A stretch of 43,647 nt of DNA, from IMG/VR virus record IMGVR_UViG_3300042269_000036; one strand, given 5' to 3'. This document shows, piece by piece, positions 14,114 to 23,419 of the stretch (its first letter is position 1; each line of letters starts with the position of its first letter). The translations under genes were made by a program, and so were the position numbers. Origin of the DNA: a virus. The notes under the pieces are model-generated. The model worked only from the letters and a program-made list of their open reading frames with translations, was not told where the DNA came from and did not search any database.

Positions 14114-17100
14114 TCACCTTTTCTTTTTGGCAAGAATATGTTTGCCGCCGTCCCGTTGCCTTCTTCTATCTGGTCATAACCTTTTTTCATGCGTCGGTAT
14201 ACTTGGGAGACGGGGACACCAGAAGCAAAGCTTGCGGCCTCCGCAAGCCCAAACATAACCTTTCTTGCATCGTCAGCGGTCGGGTCTGTAAGCAGATTGG
14301 CCGTGCTCCTCCCCGTTCGGCCAACAATGTTGACAAGCTCAAGTGCCGGGGTACTAACAATATCACCGTACCCGCGCCCCATGGCGTACTCAACCAAGTC
14401 GCGTACAATGGGAAGGCCCTGGACACTGCTTCCAATAACTTCTTTTGCAATCTCTTCAGGTTCTGGAGGTTCTCCAGTCCGCAACATGGCTAAAAAGATG
14501 ATGGGTACAAGGGGTTGCGCCACCCCCGTTAAAAAGTTATGGAACAAAAACTCATGCAGAGACATTTTACCGGCGCGCCATGCACCCCAAGTAGCTCTTT
14601 GCAGATTACCAAAATTGCCAGCGAAGCCAAAAAATGGAGTAAACAGCCTTCCGATAGCCGACAACCCCTCGGTAGAGCGTTGCAGGTGCGACAAGTCCAG
14701 CGCATTGCCTGACGGCTGGATTTCTTTGATCTTCGTATCGGCATAATCAACGGCTTGCTCCACGTCGCCGTCAAACTTGTCAAGCCCATCCCGATACGAC
14801 CCAAGCCATGTTGGGAGGAAGGACACGGAGTCAGCCGCGACAATCCCAGCATAGCCAACAGCCATAATATCTTCACGGCTCATGCCGAAGAATTTCTTTT
14901 CCGGCTTGAACTTCATCATCTGACGCCGGAAATCGTTATCATATGCCATATACCGTGACCGCATATATGGCGACAATTTCATGATATTGTCAAAAGCTTC
15001 TTTCGGTCCTTTGATAAATTGTCCGTACCCGCGCAGCATGGTCGGGAGTCCTACCCTGGCCTGCGCCTGGAAAAACCCGCCAAAGTTTTTCATGGCGGTA
15101 ACAATATTCCATCCCATATAAAATGCGGAACTGCGCTTCATAGCCCATTGAATGGTTTTTTCCCAGCGTGTCCCGACCATGCCGTCTGGCCTGATCATGT
15201 GCTTCAAGCTTGGCCGGATCATCTTGTAAAGCTCCGGCCCTAATACACGGATGGCTTCGGATTGATACGTCTTGTTCCTCGTTACTCGGTCAACATCCCT
15301 AACAATAGGCGCAAGATGGATATATCTCAGGGTGTCGCTCAAGTGTTCACTCAACACCGACATGGAGAGTTTTATAGGAAGCTTAGACCCGGTTGCGGTG
15401 CGCTTCTTGGTAAACCCAGACTTGGCCGAAGGGGTTTGCAGAACGGCTTCCTGTCGTGAGGACAAGTCGCTCATTTCGTCCCACATGGCTGCAAGCATAG
15501 ACAGACTCCCATCGTATCGAATGGGGAAATACCCACCGCTAATCTCAATGGGGCCGCCGTCTTTTGTTTGCACGGTAATCGGTTTTGCCTCAACTTTTTT
15601 CAGCCGGAAATGATTAAGCTTCAAATGTACCGCGTCAACTTGCGGGTAGAGATCGTTGATGCTGTCCCAAATGCCCTGCACAGCCCTCCAATCTTTTTGA
15701 GAAAGAAATTTTGTAAGCTCCTTGAACTGTTCAACGGCCATGGGTGTGCCATTAACCGTAAAACCTGCGGACATACGTTGCAGGTTGTCTGCGTTGCCCA
15801 TGTTTAGGGCTACCATGATAATATGCTCAAAGGTCCAATGTCGGTTATCCGGCTTGAAACAGTCCGGCACAGGAACGTCGGTTTTAACCTCCTTTCCGTG
15901 ATCCTTCCATGACGTAATCAGTTGTTCGAGGTGCGGTGTTATCTTGCCGCCGACCTCTTCCATGGCGGCGTAGAAATTATCCAGCCCCTTGGCGAGGGGG
16001 GTCCAAAGTTTGCGCTCGTTGACACCGGCCTTGCCCTTCTTACTGATATTGGCCCACCCGTCCATCTGCCGGAACAGCCACAGGGGGATGCGCAGACCGG
16101 CAAAATACGACTCTTTCACGTCCTGCAACTTGCGCCGCAGGCTGTCGTGCTTCGCCAGCTTCTTGCCCTTCATCTTGGCTGCTTCCTGTACGGCTTCGGC
16201 TGCAAGGTCGGCAATGGCTGTTTTCTCGTCTGAGAGTAGAGCTTTTTTGACTTCGCGACCACGCCCGACGAGGAATTTCAACAGGTCGTCCAGTTCCTGG
16301 ATTTCGCCCCATGTCATTTCCGATGTGGCGCGAGTGTCGTTGTGCAGCCAATCGGAGAATACCGGAACACCCAGGGCGGTTATGTCGTCAAGATTGCCTG
16401 TTATACCGCTTAAAAACTCGCCAAGCTGTGGCGTGCCTTCGTCAACATTGAGCCTACGTGACACCATCTGGTTGCGGAGTAAAAGCTGGTTGATCTGCTG
16501 CCGGTATTCGTAAGCAACATCGGCCTTTACCGCACGTTTCCACCGTGCTTGCGTCTTGCGATAGGCTTCGTTCGCCCGATAGTGGGCAGCGATAAGAGAT
16601 TCGTTAAGCCGCGCCTTTTCATTCAAGTCGAACGCCTTGGTCCAATCCTGCGCCTTGACGGCCTTAATGACCTGCTGACGCAACCGACGCGAAGCCACCA
16701 ACAACTTATTGACCTTGATGGCATCGCCTACCTTCTGCCCGCCTGTGGTCTGGTCTGCCCATACGCGCAAGGCTTTACGGGTCAACGCTGCCCGTCCTTG
16801 TGCTTCTTTGCGCGCCAACCATTTGCTTTCAAGCTCCATCTGCTTACGGGCTTTTGCGGTCCTTATCGCTTCTTCCGTGGTCAGTTCCGCGTCGTGCTCG
16901 ATGTCTAATTGAGCGACGCGCTGTTCTATCCACTGCGTTTTCGTCTTAGACTTGGATAACTCCTTGACGAATTCCCGCGCTGACTCGTAACCGGCTTCGA
17001 TAGCTGCGTGCTCGATGTCGAGGCCGTCTTTTTTAAACAGCCCCTTTACATTCGGAAGCTTCACATCGCCGAACAGCCGCTTAACGCTGGACCTATCAAT

Positions 17101-20100
17101 GCCGCCGCGTTCCACAAGCATGGTCATGGCCTTATAGACCGGCACTTCTTCAACTTCCGCCTTCGCCTGTTTGCGCCATTCCTTCAGTCGCTCGTCGAGT
17201 TTTGCGGTGCGCTGCTTGTCCTTCTTTTCTGCCGCTTCGGTTTCTGCACCATCGACGGCCTTTCTGTATTCCGCGATTTCTTCCGGTGTTGCACCGGCCT
17301 CTTTGAAAAACGCTTCATCAAGTGCCGCGATCTGCGCCGCCATTTCACGGGCCTGCCTTATTTCCTCGTCGGTGGCCACGAGCCTATCGAATACGCGCCT
17401 AATATCGTCGTTGATCTCCACCTGCAAGGCATCGGCGGTCTTGTAGATGTTTACCAGCCAGCGTTTGAACTGCCGGAAAGCGCCTATAAGACCTGTGGCC
17501 GGGGCTTCCCCTTCGCGTAAGTAAGCCTCAAAACCACGGGCGAATTGCTCGTGCTGTTCCGTGGTCAGCTCACCGTCTACGCCAAGCCATTCCTTGATCG
17601 CGTTCCACTCGTCAACCTGCACGCCGTACTTGTCGGCCACATATTTCAAATCGTTCAGGAACAGGTGCCCCATTTCGTGCAGAAAGGTGGATACGTTGGC
17701 CTGCTCAAACAGGGTGATAAGGTTGTTGCCTTCGCCGGAGATTAACGCGCCACGCGGGGCAGCATCGGTGCGGAAAATGGTGTCAGCTTGGTAGTTGATG
17801 CGCGGGTCGGTGGCGTCGAAGGTGCCTCGGTTGCCGGTAGCGGATTTGATCTGGGTGGGGGAGAAGACGGCATACACATCGGACGGTTGCCTTGTTTCTG
17901 TGTTCGCGGAGTCAATAACATTGCGAATTATAAGGCCGTCGTGCCCACCGGACACCGCCCGCTCAAAAGCGTCGGGATGAGTCTCGAACCAGAACTTCCC
18001 TTTTGCGTCAACCTCTAACGGGTTCTCCATTGAAAGGTAGGCCGGGACAATGTTGCTCCCTTCACTCGGAACCTCGAACCTCTCTACACGATCCCCTGCA
18101 TCCCTGCGCTTGGCAGCGAGTTGGTCTACCTTCTCCCTTGCGGCCAAGGCTTGCGCGGATTTAGGGCCATAGTCTAGGGCCGCATGCCCCCATTCCATCA
18201 AGGCAGCGTCTTCGGCGCTCCTTGCCGAGCGGAACTCATCACTCCCCATCCAGGGGGCCGCATATCCACCTGCCACTTCAGGACTGTCTGTGAAGAATGC
18301 CGCATCCGCAAAGCGCTCCCCAACCTCACCGGCACGCGCAAGGTCGAATGTTCCGAAGTCGGCGGTTGTCCCATGATAAACCACCAGCGGTTCGCCGTCC
18401 TCATCGACCACCTTGCTATCACCGAACCAGGTTTTGAACTCAGGAGTATCAATCTTTCCTGCCCCTTGGAACTGCGCCGCGTCAAGCTGATGCTCTGCCG
18501 CGAACTCGTCAAACCCCTGCCGCTGGATGGTGATGCCGAATCGTTTTAGATGTTCCGCCGCTTCAATTCCGGTCAGCTTCGCCAAGACGTTGGCGCGGGC
18601 GATGATCGGCATAATGCTGTACGAGGCGTTGTCACCCTTCACCCCTGCGTCTTCTAGCTGGGCCTTAAGGTCGGCTTCAATTTGATCTACCATGTCAGGA
18701 GAAATTAGACGCCGTTGCTCTTCATCGTACAGCTCTTTAATCCGGACGTTCGCGGCACTTTCGGCTTGCACATCGGCCTCGGCTGCGTTAACCGTGGTTT
18801 CCTCTGCGCTGATACTCAGATCGTTCTGGAATAACGTCATGGCTTGGTCGGTACCGACGCCCGCAGCAACCTTCCCGAAGTCCATTTCTACTGCGCCACC
18901 GGTTTGTAACGCCGTGATAAGCTCGGTTCGGCTTACACCATACTGCTCCGCCCATGTCGTTACTTCCTGCTGAGTCATCCCCTGTTCGTCAATGAGCGTT
19001 TCGACAAGACGGTCCGCTTGCAAATACACTTTCTCGACGCCGTTCTTTTTCCCGACACGCTCCATGAACTCCGCGAACGCTTCAGGAGACCTCTCTTTAA
19101 GACGCGAAGCTTCAACAGAAGTGGCAACGTCAATCAGCTTGTTTTTTCGTACCTCAGCTTCCGTCTTGGCTTTGTGAGCGGCTTTTATGTCTCCGGCAAG
19201 GGTAACCCCGCCGCCTACCAGCCCGGTCACGGCCATCCCCTTTCCTACCTTTTCGGCAATCCCCTGCAACTGCTCCATGGTCGCAGGGTCTTTAATGGTC
19301 TGCGTGATGCTCTGGTCCTGTAACACGCCGCCGACAATGATGTTCGTCAACTCCTGCGCCATTTCGGTCGTAACTTCGCCGGTCCACGCCATTGCGTAGT
19401 TTTTGGCGAAATCGAAAAACGCTTTGCGAATTGTCGGGTTGGAAAGCACCAAGCCCTTAACGCCGTTCGACATAACTTTTCGCAACCCAGGAATGACTTT
19501 CGCCAGAGCCGAAAAGCCGACCGTTTCTAGGGTGGCGTTGGCGACACCGACAAGCTCGGCGGCTGCGGCGGCTGTTTTGTCGTCTATCTGGTTGCCTTCG
19601 CCGTCCTGCAAGGTGCGAAACTCGCGGAACGCCTGCCCCGCTTCCACGTCGTGCGCATGCTCGAAATACCCAACGCGGAGACCTATCCCAGCACCAGCCA
19701 AGGCCCCGGCAGGGGCGGTAATCGGTGCGGCAATCTCTCCGGTAGGTGCTGCGGCCACAGCTCCGGCACCGGCACCTGTTATAGCACCGGTCAAGCCGCG
19801 TTCCATAACTTTAGGCGACTTCATCGACTCGAACATTTGGCCGACAAGCTCAGACGCTGCCGGGATGAATGATGACAGGCCCGTATCTGTGGTCTCATAA
19901 TTGCTGGCCGCGTCGAGCTTGGCGAGGTATTCAAGCTGATCGGGAGGTAAGTCTTTGCCCTGCAATATGAGCCGCCGCCGTTGTTCCCACAGCACCCCGC
20001 CCCGGTCCATTGCTTGTCCGGAAATGAATTCGCGGTATGTGTCGGTGCCCTTGACGAAACCAGGAACGAGAGACGAAGAAAGCCCCTCAATGTTCTTCAC

Positions 20101-20478
20101 GGCCTCCGCGTTTACAGCTTCCTGCTGCTGCTTTTTCAAAGCGGATGTCTTTTCCTCAATGGTGGCGAGGTTCTCAAGATCGTCCTGTGCCAGCGACATG
20201 AACCATGCATCTCTCGTCTGCCCTACAAGCACGGGGGCGCGGTCCCGCAACTTGTCGAAATCAGGCATATTTGCGGCTCTTCTCGCCACGTCTATGTTGT
20301 CTTTAACGGCGCTTTGAGATACGCCGAGCTTGGAGGACAGGTTGTAGAGTTCGGCAACCTCGTCGGGGTTGCGTTCGGCCTGTTTATACGCCTGTTGCGG
20401 GGTGTCCGGCTCCGAGACAGTTTCCCATTTTTCGTGCTGTTTTTCGGCCCATGTGCCGTCTGAGCGTAGAATTTCCAT
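14110..20478 (-). CDS. Giant polyvalent/internal virion protein (2122 aa)
   Basis: Single uninterrupted ORF in the internal-protein position of a podovirus module. Carries ART-like and HExxH modules (see sub-features) and Gly/Ala-rich hydrophobic stretches. Confidence 0.75.
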   Translation of the reverse strand: MEILRSDGTWAEKQHEKWETVSEPDTPQQAYKQAERNPDEVAELYNLSSKLGVSQSAVKDNIDVARRAANMPDFDKLRDRAPVLVGQTRDAWFMSLAQDDLENLATIEEKTSALKKQQQEAVNAEAVKNIEGLSSSLVPGFVKGTDTYREFISGQAMDRGGVLWEQRRRLILQGKDLPPDQLEYLAKLDAASNYETTDTGLSSFIPAASELVGQMFESMKSPKVMERGLTGAITGAGAGAVAAAPTGEIAAPITAPAGALAGAGIGLRVGYFEHAHDVEAGQAFREFRTLQDGEGNQIDDKTAAAAAELVGVANATLETVGFSALAKVIPGLRKVMSNGVKGLVLSNPTIRKAFFDFAKNYAMAWTGEVTTEMAQELTNIIVGGVLQDQSITQTIKDPATMEQLQGIAEKVGKGMAVTGLVGGGVTLAGDIKAAHKAKTEAEVRKNKLIDVATSVEASRLKERSPEAFAEFMERVGKKNGVEKVYLQADRLVETLIDEQGMTQQEVTTWAEQYGVSRTELITALQTGGAVEMDFGKVAAGVGTDQAMTLFQNDLSISAEETTVNAAEADVQAESAANVRIKELYDEEQRRLISPDMVDQIEADLKAQLEDAGVKGDNASYSIMPIIARANVLAKLTGIEAAEHLKRFGITIQRQGFDEFAAEHQLDAAQFQGAGKIDTPEFKTWFGDSKVVDEDGEPLVVYHGTTADFGTFDLARAGEVGERFADAAFFTDSPEVAGGYAAPWMGSDEFRSARSAEDAALMEWGHAALDYGPKSAQALAAREKVDQLAAKRRDAGDRVERFEVPSEGSNIVPAYLSMENPLEVDAKGKFWFETHPDAFERAVSGGHDGLIIRNVIDSANTETRQPSDVYAVFSPTQIKSATGNRGTFDATDPRINYQADTIFRTDAAPRGALISGEGNNLITLFEQANVSTFLHEMGHLFLNDLKYVADKYGVQVDEWNAIKEWLGVDGELTTEQHEQFARGFEAYLREGEAPATGLIGAFRQFKRWLVNIYKTADALQVEINDDIRRVFDRLVATDEEIRQAREMAAQIAALDEAFFKEAGATPEEIAEYRKAVDGAETEAAEKKDKQRTAKLDERLKEWRKQAKAEVEEVPVYKAMTMLVERGGIDRSSVKRLFGDVKLPNVKGLFKKDGLDIEHAAIEAGYESAREFVKELSKSKTKTQWIEQRVAQLDIEHDAELTTEEAIRTAKARKQMELESKWLARKEAQGRAALTRKALRVWADQTTGGQKVGDAIKVNKLLVASRRLRQQVIKAVKAQDWTKAFDLNEKARLNESLIAAHYRANEAYRKTQARWKRAVKADVAYEYRQQINQLLLRNQMVSRRLNVDEGTPQLGEFLSGITGNLDDITALGVPVFSDWLHNDTRATSEMTWGEIQELDDLLKFLVGRGREVKKALLSDEKTAIADLAAEAVQEAAKMKGKKLAKHDSLRRKLQDVKESYFAGLRIPLWLFRQMDGWANISKKGKAGVNERKLWTPLAKGLDNFYAAMEEVGGKITPHLEQLITSWKDHGKEVKTDVPVPDCFKPDNRHWTFEHIIMVALNMGNADNLQRMSAGFTVNGTPMAVEQFKELTKFLSQKDWRAVQGIWDSINDLYPQVDAVHLKLNHFRLKKVEAKPITVQTKDGGPIEISGGYFPIRYDGSLSMLAAMWDEMSDLSSRQEAVLQTPSAKSGFTKKRTATGSKLPIKLSMSVLSEHLSDTLRYIHLAPIVRDVDRVTRNKTYQSEAIRVLGPELYKMIRPSLKHMIRPDGMVGTRWEKTIQWAMKRSSAFYMGWNIVTAMKNFGGFFQAQARVGLPTMLRGYGQFIKGPKEAFDNIMKLSPYMRSRYMAYDNDFRRQMMKFKPEKKFFGMSREDIMAVGYAGIVAADSVSFLPTWLGSYRDGLDKFDGDVEQAVDYADTKIKEIQPSGNALDLSHLQRSTEGLSAIGRLFTPFFGFAGNFGNLQRATWGAWRAGKMSLHEFLFHNFLTGVAQPLVPIIFLAMLRTGEPPEPEEIAKEVIGSSVQGLPIVRDLVEYAMGRGYGDIVSTPALELVNIVGRTGRSTANLLTDPTADDARKVMFGLAEAASFASGVPVSQVYRRMKKGYDQIEEGNGTAANIFLPKRKGE
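17665..17679 (-). other. HEMGH zinc-metallopeptidase motif inside the polyvalent protein (aa 934-938)
   Basis: CAC GAA ATG GGG CAC read directly; context STFLHEMGHLFLND. Confidence 0.6.
17809..18447 (-). other. ART-like (ADP-ribosyltransferase-type) module of the polyvalent protein, aa ~678-890
   Basis: TPEFKTWFGDSKVVDEDGEPLVVYHGT..FGTFD...AAFFTDSPEVAGGYA...VPAYLSMENPLEV, pattern recalled from polyvalent-protein ART domains. Confidence 0.45.
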
Positions 20479-20487
20479 ATTTTTTTA

Positions 20488-20515
20488 TTGCCTGCGGACG
20501 CTGTGGTGGTATATT
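20488..20515 (+). promoter_or_regulatory. Extended -10 promoter for the plus-strand moron: TTGCCT-N16-(TGg)TATATT
   Basis: Read directly; 40 nt upstream of an AAAGGAGG RBS. Confidence 0.55.
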
Positions 20516-20555
20516 TTAAATACGTTTATTAGTCTTGCTTTGAAAGGAGGAAGCT

Positions 20556-20801
20556 ATGCGTTTGTTTTGCATTTTCATAGACGCTGCGATCATATTGTTG
20601 TTTTCGTCTATGTCAATTAAGTCTTTTTCTTATGGTGGCGACGACTGGATTTTTTATTGCATGTTTTCAACAATTGCAGCGCTTAACGTTTTCACACTCA
20701 TCAAGCTTCGGGCGGACGATCTTCCGATAGGCTGGATAAGGTTATATATTCGCAGAAAGGCACTTGAAGAAAAGGCTCGCATATCTAATTTGTCTAATTA
20801 G
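20556..20801 (+). CDS. Two-TM membrane protein, moron (81 aa)
   Basis: Opposite strand to all neighbours. Visibly AT-rich, with its own promoter and strong RBS. LFCIFIDAAIILLFSSMSI and WIFYCMFSTIAALNVFTLI. Confidence 0.7.
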   Translation: MRLFCIFIDAAIILLFSSMSIKSFSYGGDDWIFYCMFSTIAALNVFTLIKLRADDLPIGWIRLYIRRKALEEKARISNLSN

Positions 20802-22518
20802 CCTTTTCCCGCATCTTCTGCCCATCAACCGTCAGGTAATAGTGATAGCCTTCACGCTTACCGAGGTAAAAAACGTTCTGCTCTTCGTCCCAAATGGCGT
20901 TAGGCCACTCTCCGGCTTTGCGGATTTTATTTACTTCCCGCTGTATGTAAGTCTGCCTGTTCTCTCGCCTGTATCTCTCTGTTGTTGCTTCTGGCGTCGC
21001 CTTAATAATGGCTTGTTCTTCTTGGGAATAATGGCCAAGATCGGGGAAGCTCCCAAAATCCCACGTCGCTTTTTCTATGTCTGGCTGCGCAAGCTCCGTC
21101 CCCATCTTCACGATTTCGTTATAAGACGGATTGCGCTTGTTGACGCTGCGGAATTCTAAAACGTCCTGATACAAGACCTTCATAAACCGCGCCTTGTCCT
21201 GGTCGTCTTTGAATATATCGCGCAAGTCACCTTTAAGAGTTTCAACGGCTTTGCCAAGGCTAGGCACCTCGCGCACTTTGCCAACTTCGGTCATGAGACT
21301 CTTGGCGTCTGATGGGTCAAGTTGTCCCTGGTTCGCGGCTCGCATCAAGTCAAGCTCCTGCCAGTCGCCAGACAAGACCTTCTCATAAGCCAAAAACCAT
21401 TGGTTTAGCCGGTTTGTTTTCTCCCCGTCCTCGCCTCCTGTGGCACGCCTTAGCCAGCTTTTCACCTGTAGCTTCTGTGTAGGCTCAAGTCCTCCGTCTT
21501 TATCGATCGACGCAATGGAAACGTTCTCACCGTCATTGAAAATACGGTTGTAATATCGCTCTAGGCGGTCAAATTGCTTTTCATTGTCGATCTTGTCCTG
21601 TACCGCATGTTTGTGCGTCAGGTTGGAGATAACGGCGTTCCTGACATCATCGTCGTCAATGTCTTGTGCGAGCTCAAGCTGTGAAGCAGGCGTTCCCGCT
21701 ATGGATTCAATCCGGTCTGTTTCCTTGTCGGCCTCGAACGGCACCCGCTCCTTTTCGGCCAACTCCGTAAGCGTTACAAGGTCGGACGGTTCGAGAACCT
21801 TCTTTATTTTGTCGTCGGCAAGAATTTCTTTTGTGCGGATTGGATCATCGTGCAACAACGTGCTTAATGCCGTCTTGGTAATCGTCGCCGCCGCCACCCG
21901 CTTGCCGTTTTTTACCGCTTGTGCATTGCCTGTGGGGCCGACAATAAACTCTATCTGCTCGTTCATGTTGGCAATGGCAATGTTTATTTCCTCAACACCG
22001 CCGCCTGCCTGCAAGTCGGAAGCAAGTTGTTTTTCTGCAACATCCTGCGTGTCTTGCAGGGTCTGTCTGCGCCATTCCTGAATTTGCGTAGATTCCCAAG
22101 CCGCGAATTTGCGCCGGTATGAGTTCTCTACATATCCAAGGTGCTCAATGGCCTTGTCGCGGTATCTCTTATTGACACCGTGCTTTGATAACAGCTCGTC
22201 TTTCCACTTGCGCGAGTTGTCGTTATAGTTCTGATAGACCCCTTTAAATCCGGTCTGCTCGTTCGCAAGTGCGGCCTGTCCTTGACGTTCCTGTTTAGTC
22301 TTTTCCCACTCTTCAAGGGATCTCTGCTGGAACTCGTTTTTTGCCGCGAGGATGGCCGTGCGCTGTTCGCGTTCTTCCTTCCGTTGCGCGAACTGCATCA
22401 GGGCGTTGCCGAAGTTTTCACCAGCGTCGGCTACCGCTTGGTCTGCCGTGTTTCGTTTATACCCACCGACCGATGTCGGTAGGCTTATGCTGCTTTCGTA
22501 GGTTGGTATTCTAGGCAC
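20794..22518 (-). CDS. Internal virion protein (574 aa)
   Basis: Position between the small internal protein and the giant protein; Gln/Glu-rich helical sequence. Confidence 0.5.
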   Translation of the reverse strand: MPRIPTYESSISLPTSVGGYKRNTADQAVADAGENFGNALMQFAQRKEEREQRTAILAAKNEFQQRSLEEWEKTKQERQGQAALANEQTGFKGVYQNYNDNSRKWKDELLSKHGVNKRYRDKAIEHLGYVENSYRRKFAAWESTQIQEWRRQTLQDTQDVAEKQLASDLQAGGGVEEINIAIANMNEQIEFIVGPTGNAQAVKNGKRVAAATITKTALSTLLHDDPIRTKEILADDKIKKVLEPSDLVTLTELAEKERVPFEADKETDRIESIAGTPASQLELAQDIDDDDVRNAVISNLTHKHAVQDKIDNEKQFDRLERYYNRIFNDGENVSIASIDKDGGLEPTQKLQVKSWLRRATGGEDGEKTNRLNQWFLAYEKVLSGDWQELDLMRAANQGQLDPSDAKSLMTEVGKVREVPSLGKAVETLKGDLRDIFKDDQDKARFMKVLYQDVLEFRSVNKRNPSYNEIVKMGTELAQPDIEKATWDFGSFPDLGHYSQEEQAIIKATPEATTERYRRENRQTYIQREVNKIRKAGEWPNAIWDEEQNVFYLGKREGYHYYLTVDGQKMREKAN

Positions 22519-22520
22519 GA

Positions 22521-22958
22521 TTACGCCCCCTGCTGATAGGCATTATAGGACAGCACAGAAGACCCGACCTTCCCGACCGTTGAAACAACCGCTCCGGTAG
22601 CCTTGCTGCTGTAGTTCCGCGCCGCTACCTTGGCCTTGTTCGCCTGCGCCTCGCCTCCAACCATAATGGCCGTCATGTCTTCTGCCGATTCCTGCAAAGT
22701 CGAAGCAAACACGTCCTGCACACTGCCAGACATAAGAGAAACGCCAGCCTTAGCGTATCCTACACGCTGCTTGCCCATCAGCTTTTGCGTGCGCTCAAAT
22801 TGCCGTCTTGCCTCAACCGCCGCTTTCTTGCGCTGGTACTCGGCTTCGTTCTCGGCTACTTTTTCGTTGAATTTGGCCGTTTGATAAGAGGTGTAGCCGC
22901 CGTAAGCCGCAGCTGCTGCGGTTACAACCAATGCTGCCGCTGCAAGTCCCATTACCAA
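22521..22958 (-). CDS. Small internal virion protein with N-terminal TM (145 aa)
   Basis: MVMGLAAAALVVTAAAAAYGG then coiled coil; podovirus gp14-like position. Confidence 0.45.
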   Translation of the reverse strand: MVMGLAAAALVVTAAAAAYGGYTSYQTAKFNEKVAENEAEYQRKKAAVEARRQFERTQKLMGKQRVGYAKAGVSLMSGSVQDVFASTLQESAEDMTAIMVGGEAQANKAKVAARNYSSKATGAVVSTVGKVGSSVLSYNAYQQGA

Positions 22959-23419
22959 ATCCTTCCAAGCATATAGGCATCAACCTTGTCAACCTCATGC
23001 TGTTTCATAATGCCTTCAACCTCGAACCCGAGTTTTTGCAACCACTTGAAACCGTGCGGGTGATCGGCTCTCACATGGGCCTCAAGCCTGTGCAGCCCAA
23101 TGGCCTCTTGCGCGGATTCAAGCCCTCGCACGCATGCCTTCCAAAACTCTTTCGGCATGCGCTCAACCGCCGTTCCCGTCCATGCGCTGCACTGTGCGAC
23201 ACCAGGCCATTTCTGCAAAAACACCCATATGGCGACCACTTCGTCCTCGCACATAAAGCTGTTGATAATGGCGCATTTCTCAAGCTTGCCAAACAGTCTG
23301 TGCATGCTCCCGAAGCCGCCATGCAGCCTGACAACCATAGCATCATGCTCACGCAACTTTGGCAAAAGCTGTTCCAGGTGTTCCATTTCGAACGGCACCA
23401 CTTTAATCATCGTTGCCAA
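22952..23419 (-). CDS. GNAT-fold acetyltransferase-like protein embedded in the tail module (155 aa)
   Basis: RLEAHVRADHPHGFKWLQKLGFEVEGIMKQH is a typical GNAT C-terminal beta-alpha block. Confidence 0.5.
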   Translation of the reverse strand: MATMIKVVPFEMEHLEQLLPKLREHDAMVVRLHGGFGSMHRLFGKLEKCAIINSFMCEDEVVAIWVFLQKWPGVAQCSAWTGTAVERMPKEFWKACVRGLESAQEAIGLHRLEAHVRADHPHGFKWLQKLGFEVEGIMKQHEVDKVDAYMLGRIW

